From positions 237,926 to 301,925 of the forward strand of contig JAHDYR010000015.1 in NCBI GenBank assembly GCA_019828565.1: DNA of 64,000 bases, read 5' to 3'. Made by a program: the position numbers and the translations under genes. Below, in pieces: positions 19,892-29,439 of the stretch (positions are counted from its first letter, which is position 1; every line of letters starts with the position of its first letter). The notes under the pieces are model-generated. The model ran no database searches. It had not been told where the DNA came from and saw nothing but the letters and a program-made list of their open reading frames with translations. Source of the DNA: Carpediemonas membranifera BICM (lineage: Eukaryota > Protista > Fornicata).

Positions 19892-21052
19892 ATGACCGAT
19901 ACCTATCGGCAAGCGATGCTGAGGCTGCAGACCTCTCATAGGGAGGCTGCACTGTATCCTAGCATCAGCAGCCTGTTCAGTGGTGACAAAACTGTCCACA
20001 ACGCCCCCCAGTACCATCCCGCTCTCCCCCAGGGCTTCCGGTCCCTCGATGGCCACCAAACCTTGGCTAGCAGAATGTCTATCAATGTGATCAAGGGCCT
20101 TGCTACTTCTAGAGACACTATTCAGGGCACTCAGCAGTACGCCAAGGAATACCTCGAGAACAAGGGCCTCACCGCCGCCGCCCTGAACAAGATCGCTGGT
20201 GAGCACAAGGTTGCAGCATTCGTGGTGATCTTCTGGCTTGTGACCATTGTGAAGTTCATCCTTGAGAAGATCCGCCTCTTCTTCCGGCTCACATGGTGGT
20301 TTGTCCGCGGCCCCCTTCGCCTGGCACTCAAGCTGCTTGGTGTAGCAGCCAAGGTCAGCTGGCTCGGCTTCACTCTTGTGCTGGTGACCGTGGCGGTCTG
20401 CTGGGTCAAGTATTTCGTCGACAAGAAGCGCCGCAGAATACTCTCGAAGCCAGAGACCGATAATGTCGCCAGCATTGATCCCCTCGGCAACATCCCGTTC
20501 GGTGTCGCTGTAAAGCGCCTCCACATGCTCTTCGACCGACCTGACGCGGACTACGCCGTCCTCTTTGGTGACATCCCCCGCCCCGACGACAACGACGAAG
20601 AAGAAGAAGAAGTGCAGCAGGAGGAGACCCCCAAGTCGACCGAGGCCGCCAAGCCCGAGGCCCCCGACTCCGAGGCCCCCGACTTACCTGACCCCGCTGA
20701 CTCGACCGAGTCGGAGATTCAGATCCCATCCAACTTTGTCACATGGGCTCTCCACATGTCACGATTCATCCTTACCTCTGTGGTCGACGTCGAGTTCCAG
20801 ATTCTCGCCCTTTCCGTCCGCGTGGTCTTCATCACTGTTTATCTCAAGTCATATCTTATGATTCATCGTCCTGCGGTCATCGTGGGAGCTCTCGTGGGTC
20901 TGGCTGCACTTCGTTGGGTTGAGTGGCTTCGTCCCGTAGCCTGGCTGCTTCTGCGGACGTCCTTTACCCTGGGTCATGTTCTCGGGTTCGGTGTCCTCGG
21001 CTGGACGGGCTTTGTGCTCATCCGCTGGCACGTAGTTAAGTGGTTCATGTGA
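19892..21052 (+). CDS. Hypothetical multi-pass membrane protein
   Basis: Several hydrophobic segments, an acidic linker, host codon bias; first ATG at 19892. Confidence 0.75.
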   Translation: MTDTYRQAMLRLQTSHREAALYPSISSLFSGDKTVHNAPQYHPALPQGFRSLDGHQTLASRMSINVIKGLATSRDTIQGTQQYAKEYLENKGLTAAALNKIAGEHKVAAFVVIFWLVTIVKFILEKIRLFFRLTWWFVRGPLRLALKLLGVAAKVSWLGFTLVLVTVAVCWVKYFVDKKRRRILSKPETDNVASIDPLGNIPFGVAVKRLHMLFDRPDADYAVLFGDIPRPDDNDEEEEEVQQEETPKSTEAAKPEAPDSEAPDLPDPADSTESEIQIPSNFVTWALHMSRFILTSVVDVEFQILALSVRVVFITVYLKSYLMIHRPAVIVGALVGLAALRWVEWLRPVAWLLLRTSFTLGHVLGFGVLGWTGFVLIRWHVVKWFM

Positions 21053-21084
21053 GTGTAAATACTAATCGCGAAGTCGACCAATCG

Positions 21085-21590
21085 CCATTCATCTGGCTGC
21101 CACGCTTCATTCACCAGTGAGTCTGAAAACGGCAGCTTGTATCCAGATGACCGCCTCGTCCGGTGTCCACGGGTCGACGTCGACGAGGTAAGGTACTGGG
21201 GCTGTGACGTGTGATATGACGCTTTTAATCGGCTAGCGGGGCTGTAGCCGTCGATGGTCAGTATGTTTTGTGGGCCTCGGGAGCTAAGTGTCGGGTGCAT
21301 TTATCAAAATCGTCTGACGGTCCACTTGGGGCCGGTGTGTGATGTCAGCCGCGGGTAGGATTGACACGAACGGCTGTTGCAGGGCCGCGCGCCACCGGAA
21401 TACGCAGGGTAAAGCGCCCTGCTGATTACAGGAGCGCGCGGCCTGACTGCAGTCCCTTGGTGTGAGGAACTCAGAGCTCATTGGCATGTCAAGCGTTCGT
21501 CGGCGGTGCCGGAGATGATTGCCAATTGGGCAGAGGCGTCGTCTGACCCGCGGTGGCGCAGAGTGGTCTTCTTGGGCTGAAAGCCAGTTT
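21085..21590 (+). ncRNA. Candidate structured RNA containing hairpin motif copy 2 (21385-21439)
   Basis: TCATCTGG/CCAGATGA, CCTCGTC/GACGAGG, CCGCGGGT(21349)/ACCCGCGG(21546), ACGAACG/CGTTCGT, GGCCGCGCGC/GCGCGCGGCC. Confidence 0.6.
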
Positions 21591-21714
21591 ATGTATACTA
21601 CGGAGTTGTGTTATCAGCAGGCATCGCGAGGGAGTGAGCCCCCGCATTGCGGGAGAGTCCGCGCATTTTATGCTCACTACACTGCAATTTTTTTGACACA
21701 AGTCGATCTCTACA

Positions 21715-23199
21715 ATGGGCTGCGGTGGATCGAAAAGTGCAATCAAGAAGGGAGGAGCCAATGAACATGCTCTGGATTCTACTCCAACGAAGACTACTGC
21801 GGATTACCTAGATGAATTGTCCCCAGGCATCATTTGGGCAGCGCTAATGGCCGCAGGAGCGGATCCAGAGCTGCACAAGACTACCACTTCTCCTGAGGAC
21901 AAGCTTGTCTGGTTTATTACACGTCGTTTCGTCAACTCACTTGCAGCTTCGATACGTGAGGGTGAAGCGGCCACCAACGACAGTAACTACTTCAGGTTCT
22001 ACGACGGACACCTCTTCTCCCGTGTGCTGGATCCCCTAGGCATGTCCATGGGCCGCGGTCTCGAGTACGAGTGGATCCGCCTCCCATCGCGTCTCTTTGC
22101 CTTTGAAACAGGCGGCGGGTCACAGTATGCCTTGACATTCAAGGGGTTGTACGTCTGGGGCAGGAACGAGGTCGGCCAGGTGGGCATGGGTGATGTGTCT
22201 ATGGTGCCACTCCCAACCCACATCGACATCGAGGTCCCCTACCGCGTGTGGGCCGATGGGGAGAGGGCCTTCGCTCTCGGGACAAGGGGGCTGTACGCAT
22301 GCGGTATGAACTTCGCGACAAACGACCCTGCGAACGGCGACAAGCTCCTGTTAGCCCCCGGGGCAGACATGGCGATCAAACACTTCGCCCACGTCCGTCT
22401 ACCCGAGGGCCAGGTCGACAGCATCAGCCTCAAGAACAGAGGCACCGTCATCCACATGGGCAACAGGGCGCTGGTATGCGGCAACAACAGTCACGGCAGG
22501 CTGGGTGTCGGCCACAACCGCCCCCTGCCCAACCTCACGAGGCTGCCATACACCATCACTGGCATGACATGCGACGGCCCGTTCAGCCTCATTCTATCCG
22601 ACGGTCGGCTCAAAGTCGTTGGAAAGGTGAAGTACAGCCCCCTCAAGAACTACCTCGTTGGCCATAGGCGGATCTACACCATCCCGGCCCAGGTCAGGTT
22701 CCCCTGGCCCGTGTCGAAGTTTATCACGGACGGTCACAGCATGTTCTTTGTCGAAAAGGCTGACACACTTTCACTCAAACCCACGTCTGAGTGGTTTGCC
22801 CTTGGATGCAACATGTGGGGCTGTCTTGGGGTCGATAAGGAGGACGACGCGGTGTCTGTGTGGAGCCCGGTCGGGGTGGGTGGCATCAACGCCATTTACA
22901 AGGATGGCTATTCAGTCTGGCTCGACACAGAGAGCGGCCTCTTCGCATGTGGTGACAATAGAGGATCGAGGCTCGGCACCGAAGTTCTCGAGGTTGTTGA
23001 GGTTGCAGAGGACGAAGACGACGGCACGAGTGTGACCATGCCCCTGCCTGTTGTCCGGGAGGTCGATGCGGATATGCTCACGGCCCTGACCTACTGGGAG
23101 CTCGACCCGACCAAGCCTGAGGTGCTCGGCGGCGTCGAGGTGGAGGATCCGGAAGTCGACGCTGACCAGTCGTCGGACTCGGAGGAAGATGTAATTTAG
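21715..23199 (+). CDS. RCC1/BLIP-II-like beta-propeller protein, N-myristoylated
   Basis: MGCGGSK start; repeats YVWGRNEVGQVGMG, CGNNSHGRLGVG, ACGDNRGSRLG. Confidence 0.85.
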   Translation: MGCGGSKSAIKKGGANEHALDSTPTKTTADYLDELSPGIIWAALMAAGADPELHKTTTSPEDKLVWFITRRFVNSLAASIREGEAATNDSNYFRFYDGHLFSRVLDPLGMSMGRGLEYEWIRLPSRLFAFETGGGSQYALTFKGLYVWGRNEVGQVGMGDVSMVPLPTHIDIEVPYRVWADGERAFALGTRGLYACGMNFATNDPANGDKLLLAPGADMAIKHFAHVRLPEGQVDSISLKNRGTVIHMGNRALVCGNNSHGRLGVGHNRPLPNLTRLPYTITGMTCDGPFSLILSDGRLKVVGKVKYSPLKNYLVGHRRIYTIPAQVRFPWPVSKFITDGHSMFFVEKADTLSLKPTSEWFALGCNMWGCLGVDKEDDAVSVWSPVGVGGINAIYKDGYSVWLDTESGLFACGDNRGSRLGTEVLEVVEVAEDEDDGTSVTMPLPVVREVDADMLTALTYWELDPTKPEVLGGVEVEDPEVDADQSSDSEEDVI

Positions 23200-23356
23200 G
23201 GGTATTTATTGGAATTGGTATTAAACCGCAGGTTGAGGGGTTGGATGGGGTTGGACTCGACTCGATTGTCGTCTCTTGGGCCGTTTTGCTGTCTCGGCAT
23301 GGTTGACTCGGCGACAGTCGAGCAGCCTTGTCATCAATCGAAGCAAACGACGTCTG

Positions 23357-25256
23357 ATGGATAACGCTGTCGAAGCTGCCCGTTCATGGCTTGAGCGCAT
23401 TAATAAGGAGTACTGCGAGCTTCACACCACTAAGGAGGACGCCTTCTGGGCCAACAAGATGGGTACCGGTGGTAGTGCCGCCGAGTCCTCGGCTGTGTTC
23501 GCTGCCGCCGAAGAAAAGCTGCAGGAATGGAACCACTCTCCAAAGCATCTTGAAGAATGCGAGGAGCACTGCACCAATGTCTTCCCTATCGCCGATGCGG
23601 GCGACATGGTCGTCACGGCGCTGAAGGGCTGGCAGTACTTCTTCAGAGGCAACGTGCTCAAGAAGGAGGAGTCACGCACTATGTTCAAGGCCCTCCTGGA
23701 GGCTGAGCAGAAGCTGGAGGTCTCCCGGTCCGACATGCCGCTTGGTTACCTCGACCCCGAGACCCAGGAGCACAAGCTCGCCTCATCCGTTCAGCTTGCT
23801 ACTATGATGCGTACTGGGGACAGCAGGGAGCTCAGGAAGGCAGCATGGGAGGGTCTCCGGACCATAGAGGGCTTCGTGCTTGACCACGACTTCCTCGATG
23901 TAGTCAAGCGCCGCAACGCGCTGGCCCGTTCAGCTGGCTTCGTCGACTACTACGCCATGACTGTGGAGCGTGTTGAGAACATGACAAAGGATGAGATCTT
24001 CGACATCCTTAGCAAGCTGGTCGAACTCACCGAGGATGCCACCGTACGTGCCGTCGCCGAGCTCAAGAAGCGCGAGCCTGACCTCAAGGGCTACGACCTG
24101 CCGTATCTCATGGGCGGCGATATTACCAAGAAGCTCGACCCCTTCTTCCCCTTCGAGAAGTCCGTCTCCCGCTGGGGGCAGACGTTTGGCGGGATGAACG
24201 TCGACTACTCCAACGCAACTGTCACCATTGATCTCCTCGACCGCAGTGGGAAGTACTCCAATGGCTTCTGCCACGCGCCCGAGGTAAGCTGGGTCGACCG
24301 CGGCAAGCACGTCCCGGCCCGCGTCAACTTCTCATCCAACGGAATTGTCGGGATGGTGGGGTCAGGCCAGAGAGCCATCAACACTGTTCTGCACGAGGCC
24401 GGCCACTGTGCCCATTTTGCCAACATCATGATGCCCGCCCCATGCTTTGCTCAAGAATTCCTCATGTCGTTTGTATTAGTTTTAGTATCAGCTGTAACAC
24501 AGGGTAGCGTATGCTGAGACGCAGTCGATGTTCATGGACAGTCTCATATCTGATGGGGATTGGATGCATCTTGTTGCTGGCATCCCGATTGAACTCATCA
24601 AAGAGAACATCGAGGCCAAGCAGCCATTTGCTGCCCTCTCTCTCCGCTCGATGCTCACGATTCCATTTGCCGAGCGTGCCATCTACGAGCTCCCCGACGC
24701 CGAGCTGACTCCCGACAACGTCATCCGACTCATCCGTGAAGTCGAGACCCGACTCCTGGGCGGCCTTGAGTCAGCCCGGCCCGTGCTCTCAATGCCCCAC
24801 CTCCTCTCCAACGAGTCGTCAGCGTACTACCATGCGTACGTCCTGGCAATGTGCGGGGTTGAGCAGACAAGGCGTTTCTTCCTCGATCGCGACGGCCACA
24901 TCTTTATGAACCCCAAGGTCGGTCCAGAAGTCAGCGAGAAGTACTGGCATGCCGGCAACAGTCGCACTTTTGCTCAGCACATCGAGCATCTGACCGGATC
25001 TGGTCCCGACCCGGCGTTCCTCGCGGAAGCAGTCAACCGCACTGTCGACGAGGAAATTGCTGTTGCTCTCAAGTCTATAGAGACTGGCAAGAAGATCATG
25101 GCCGAGTTGGGCGATAAGCTCGTCGATTCTGATGCCAAGGTGCACCTTAATGCCAGGGTCAAGGTCCAGGACGGCCACGAGCAGGTGGTCGACACAGTCG
25201 ATTTCGTCGAGGCGTCCAACAAGTTTGCCGCTTACGTCGCGTCCAAGAGGGAATAA
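23357..25256 (+). CDS. M3-family zinc metallopeptidase, one intron (24469-24502)
   Basis: DRSGKYSNGF, LHEAGH (HExxH). Splicing the 34-nt GTTTG..ACACAG intron restores MSVAYAETQSMF; YYHAY. Confidence 0.9.
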
Positions 25257-25346
25257 ATGGATGAAGTAATGTCACTGGAGCGTGTATAAAAGGCGCTGGT
25301 CGCGAAGACGAACCGAGCGACTGAGCGCGCTGATCATAACATTCAT

Positions 25347-25992
25347 GTGTCACGCAGGATAAGAATACTTGAGTCTAAACCCAAAGCTGCCGCATTCCTA
25401 GTTTCTGCTGGAGCGAGAACCAAGATCCCACCCAGAACCGTCGCTCTTACCATCGCCGACGCCCTCATGTCCGCTACCCTTCTGGTGTACGACAGGTGGG
25501 CCGTCAGACTGAACCTGTTCAGTCCTCTGGAGTTCATCCCAGGGGGGTCGACAGCTTAAGTCACCTTTACATGAATCCTCCACATAAACCTCTAAAATGA
25601 CAGGTAGGCATCGGAGTCTATTGCTGCCTGATCGATCATTTCTTTTCAGGGTTCATCAGCTGGCAGCATCCCTCAAAACACAAGAAACCAGCATCATACA
25701 ACACAAAGCGTCTTTACTACTAGTTACAACCGCTTTCCACCACTAGTGTCTCTCACAACAGACTAAGATGACGAAGACGACGACGACATGAGCTTCAGAC
25801 GCCGGCAATGGACGACAGATGAGCGCGTAACAGACGAGCACAGACGCGAAAGAAGACAGCAGCGTTCGACACAGACGATGGACGACAGACGACGCATCTT
25901 TTCGTGCAGACCGACGACTGAAAGCACGACAGACCGATGGTACAGACGAGGGCTGAAGTGGGTGAGTGGAGGTAGTGTGCTGCGCAGGATTA
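25347..25992 (-). mobile_element. ORF-less sister of the Fanzor element
   Basis: 25606-25992 is nearly identical to 28996-29376; 25353-25379 matches 27791-27817 at 23/27. Confidence 0.75.
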
Positions 25993-26056
25993 CCTTACAA
26001 TTCATATACCATAAACTGCGTTTCTGAAGGAAGCTGAATCTGGCCATCGAGAGAAG

Positions 26057-26551
26057 ATGGACACAGACAAGTATCAGGAGGCGGAAGTATATCGTTCAGA
26101 ATCCCCGATAGCGTCACTAGCTCCCGCCAATCCTGATGAATTGGCGGGTTTCGAGGCAGTCATTGATCAAACTGGGCCTCAGAGCCTTTTACATCACATA
26201 TCAAGCACAGCTGCTCCATCAATACATGAAAGAAATACTATTGAGGCAAACTTTGAGCATGCTATTGGTTCCTTGAAGGCAGTTCGCGATCACCACGTCG
26301 AGACGAGGAAGGAGCTCGCTGAGGTCCGGAGACAGCTGGCAGACGTCAAGCGAGAGCTTTCCGAGCTCGAGGAGGCGAAATATGCCAATGAGCTTCGTAT
26401 CGCGGTGCTGTCACATGACAATGAGCGACTCGAGCAGAGCGTGGCGGTGCTTTCTACGCTTGACGTGGATAGATTCGACTCAATATTCGACCAGACCGAG
26501 GCGGTGGTGACGGCGTCCACACTACCGGGTCAACCGGGCGGGGAGATTTGA
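26057..26551 (+). CDS. Small coiled-coil hypothetical protein
   Basis: 164 aa with a heptad-rich centre. Confidence 0.75.
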   Translation: MDTDKYQEAEVYRSESPIASLAPANPDELAGFEAVIDQTGPQSLLHHISSTAAPSIHERNTIEANFEHAIGSLKAVRDHHVETRKELAEVRRQLADVKRELSELEEAKYANELRIAVLSHDNERLEQSVAVLSTLDVDRFDSIFDQTEAVVTASTLPGQPGGEI

Positions 26552-26607
26552 CGAGTTCAAGCAAAACGACGACGAGGAAGGTATCTTAGCCAAAGACGAC
26601 GGGAACG

Positions 26608-27672
26608 ATGGCATATAACGGATTCCTGATTGTCGGTCTGAATAATGGCATGTTGATGCACCACAGCGTGTACCGCATGTGCTTTGGCCTGAACGAGGAG
26701 CAGATGTCGAGTATGGCCGATCTAAGCCGCGTGGCGAGCGTTCTATGGGCAATTTTCCTCAATAGTAAGTGCATGACGCCTAAGGAGAACATGGTTGACG
26801 CTACCAGCCACGAGAACCCGTGCTACCTCTCGCTGAGCTTCCGCGGCCACCGCATCGAGTTCCTCGTCAACGAACAGCATCGGATCCTGACTGTGCTGGC
26901 CACGGACACCGACACGGAGAGCTCCCGGTTCCTCTTGGAGAAGCTCACGTCGTCGTTCTGTACTGCGTTCGGCGACCACCTTGTCAAGCAAAAGGCGCTC
27001 AAGCGGTTCGCCCAGTGGGACGAGGAGCCGGCCATCCTCACACACTACGCCAACCACATCTGCCGGAAGCTGGTCAAGGGGTTCAACACCGAGTGGGTTG
27101 TGGCCGCCCTGCTGCCCGACTCCGGCCTCGCATACCCCGTCCCCGACGTCAAGGCCGCCCTGCTTGAGTCGGACGGCCACGCCCCGATGCGGCTAGCCCC
27201 GCCTGACCTGCCCGAGGAGGCTGAGGCCCCCCACCCCCGCCCGGCACCCCTGACCAAGCGCGGCATGCGGGAGGGCGGGCTGAGTCTCACCGTGCTGACG
27301 TCCCTGGGGTACGACAGATACACCCCCGCCATCCTGACCGCGGCCGTGATGAAGACGGCGGCGAGTCTCGTAGGCCTCAGTACCGGGGCCGTCACCCTGG
27401 AGCTGTCGTTCACAACCAGACGCCGACCCCAGCCACAGATAGCCCACCTCGGGGGGACCAACCGCCTTTACGTCGACAAGGCTGTCGTCACAGTCGAGGG
27501 CCTCTTCCTCCTCGCCGTCAGCGCCCCCAGCTTCCGCCACGACGCCGCCACCCCGCCTCTCCACCTGCTGAGGGAGCGGTGTGCGGCTGATGTGGAGGCC
27601 CTGGGCCGGACCCTGGCCCAGCTCCATGACCTGGGGCTGCGGGGGGAGGTGCAGGCCGAGCTCGGGGGATGA
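26608..27672 (+). CDS. Longin-like domain protein (possibly Fuzzy/CPLANE-related)
   Basis: N-terminal beta-beta-alpha-beta3-alpha pattern ending FLLEKLTSSFCTAFG. The ORF is solid; the family call is weak. Confidence 0.5.
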   Translation: MAYNGFLIVGLNNGMLMHHSVYRMCFGLNEEQMSSMADLSRVASVLWAIFLNSKCMTPKENMVDATSHENPCYLSLSFRGHRIEFLVNEQHRILTVLATDTDTESSRFLLEKLTSSFCTAFGDHLVKQKALKRFAQWDEEPAILTHYANHICRKLVKGFNTEWVVAALLPDSGLAYPVPDVKAALLESDGHAPMRLAPPDLPEEAEAPHPRPAPLTKRGMREGGLSLTVLTSLGYDRYTPAILTAAVMKTAASLVGLSTGAVTLELSFTTRRRPQPQIAHLGGTNRLYVDKAVVTVEGLFLLAVSAPSFRHDAATPPLHLLRERCAADVEALGRTLAQLHDLGLRGEVQAELGG

Positions 27673-27764
27673 GATGTCGTGGCGTGTTTGTGCTATTGAA
27701 GGGTCAAACAATGTGTTTACTGAGGAGGTTTAGACCCGTGGTGGTGTAAATGGTCCAAACTAGG

Positions 27765-27930
27765 GGATTTGAATGCATCAGTGTTTGCTGCGCAGGATTA
27801 GAATTGTTGAGTCCAAAACACACAGTGATCCAAGCAGCATCAGGATCGCAGTGTGGTTCATCATACTCTATCAACCGTGCGCAGCATATCACGCGCGCTG
27901 CAGCGCGTGCTTGCTCAACTTAGCAAGTTA
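27765..27930 (-). ncRNA. Putative Fanzor omega-RNA
   Basis: Directly after the stop: CTTGCT/AGCAAG and ACGCGC/GCGCGT hairpins, then a TGCTGCGCA/TGCGCAGCA stem enclosing CACACTGCGATCC/GGATCACTGTGTG. Confidence 0.65.
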
Positions 27931-29376
27931 ATGATAGCGAGGAAGAGCACCTCTCTGGGAGTCGTAGTGGAAAGGAGATTGCTCTATCTGATCTGGAGTT
28001 GCGTCGAAGGTGCACCAAAGGATGTTCTCGCTGGCGCTCTTATCTCGGTGAGAGAGATTGAGAAGTATGTCTCTCTGCTCGGGATGCCGACGTAGCCGTT
28101 CAACGCGCCATGGAGCTCCCTCGCACGCGGGATTCTGGCAGAGCATGGTGCGGTGTGTGTGCACCACACGTCTGAAGTGTGCTTTGCAGTATGGGCACAC
28201 GATTGAAGTGCGGAATTCCGAGACCATCGTGACACTCACGACGACGTTGTGCCGGAGCATGATGCCAGGGAGAGCTCGAGCAAAGTGGCGGTACGGAGCA
28301 CAGGAGGGAGTGCCGGCGGAACCGAACAGTGCAGCCCCATACGCGACTTCGAGGTGAATGGGCTCCGGGGGGCGCCCGCCGAGATCATCCAGGAGTTGAC
28401 GTCCAGCCCGGGCGAAGTGCTTCAGGCGCAGACAGTGATTGGCAAAACTCGCACGGCGGAAACACTTTCTCGTCCCCTCGTTGATGATCTGAACGATGTT
28501 CTCATGGAGCGGACGCACCCGTTCTAACCCAGCACGAAGACGGGTCAGGTACCCGGGTGACGCGCGCGAGAGCCAGACCCGGGTGGCTGTGGAGTACTCG
28601 CCCAACCAGCTCTGAAATGGAAATGCAATTCCAACGTAGGCTTCCCTGAAGTCCCGGACGAGTGGGGTTATGTCAGGGTCCCTCCGCATCGCCAGGTCGC
28701 CAATCCACCTGCACCGATCCGCTGCCTTTGCCTTCGACACCTTTTGCTGAGCAATGCTGACGATCTGCTTGAGGACCTCCTCGTCGAACAGGTTGACCGT
28801 CCTCGGTGGGGTCAACGCGTGCGCAGATGCAGAGACGCACGCAAGCAGGCAAGTGAATGTGTACTTAGCCTGCGTGAAAGAACGCATGCCGGGTTCAAGA
28901 TTTCCTCTTCCTCACCGCGGCGCGTTGTTATCGCCTCCGCCGTTAATCTCGCCAATGGCCTTGTTAACGGAAGCCTTCGCGGTGAATATCTTGGAAGGCA
29001 TCGGAGTCTATTGAGCTGCCTGATCGATCATTTCTTTTCAGGGTTCATCAGCTGGCAGCATCCCTCAAAACACAAGAAACCAGCATCATACAACACAAAG
29101 CGTCTTTACTACTAGTTACAACCGCTTTCCACCACTAGTGTCTCTCACAACAGACTAAGATGACGAAGAGACGACGACATGAGCTTCAGACGCCGGCAAT
29201 GGACGACAGATGAGCGCGTAACAGACGAGCACAGACGCGAAAGAAGACAGCAGCGTTCGACACAGACGATGGACGACGCATCTTTTCGTGCAGACCGACG
29301 ACTGAAAGCACGACAGACCGATGGTACAGACGAGGGCTGAAGTGGGTGAGTGGAGGTAGTGTGCTGCGCAGGATTA
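27781..29376 (-). mobile_element. Fanzor1-carrying element without a transposase
   Basis: Ends defined by sharing with the 25347-25992 copy; 380-bp leader rich in ACAGACGA-like repeats. Confidence 0.75.
27928..29001 (-). pseudogene. Fanzor1 (eukaryotic TnpB homologue), internally deleted
   Basis: EVAYGAALF, VSEFRTSIVCPYC (RuvC-II plus Zn), CQNPAC, HRDKSASENI (RuvC-III). No RuvC-I DxG. ATG 29001 is followed by an in-frame TGA before ORF 27928-28887. Confidence 0.85.
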
Positions 29377-29439
29377 GAAACGTTGTCGTGTTGACCACAA
29401 TGTTGATAACATAAACTGCACTTTTGAAACAGCAAAAGC

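Noticed and set aside
21385-21439. TPP riboswitch, SECIS or picornavirus J-domain identity for the conserved hairpin
   Set aside because: Only short word matches; the required motifs and pairing registers differ.
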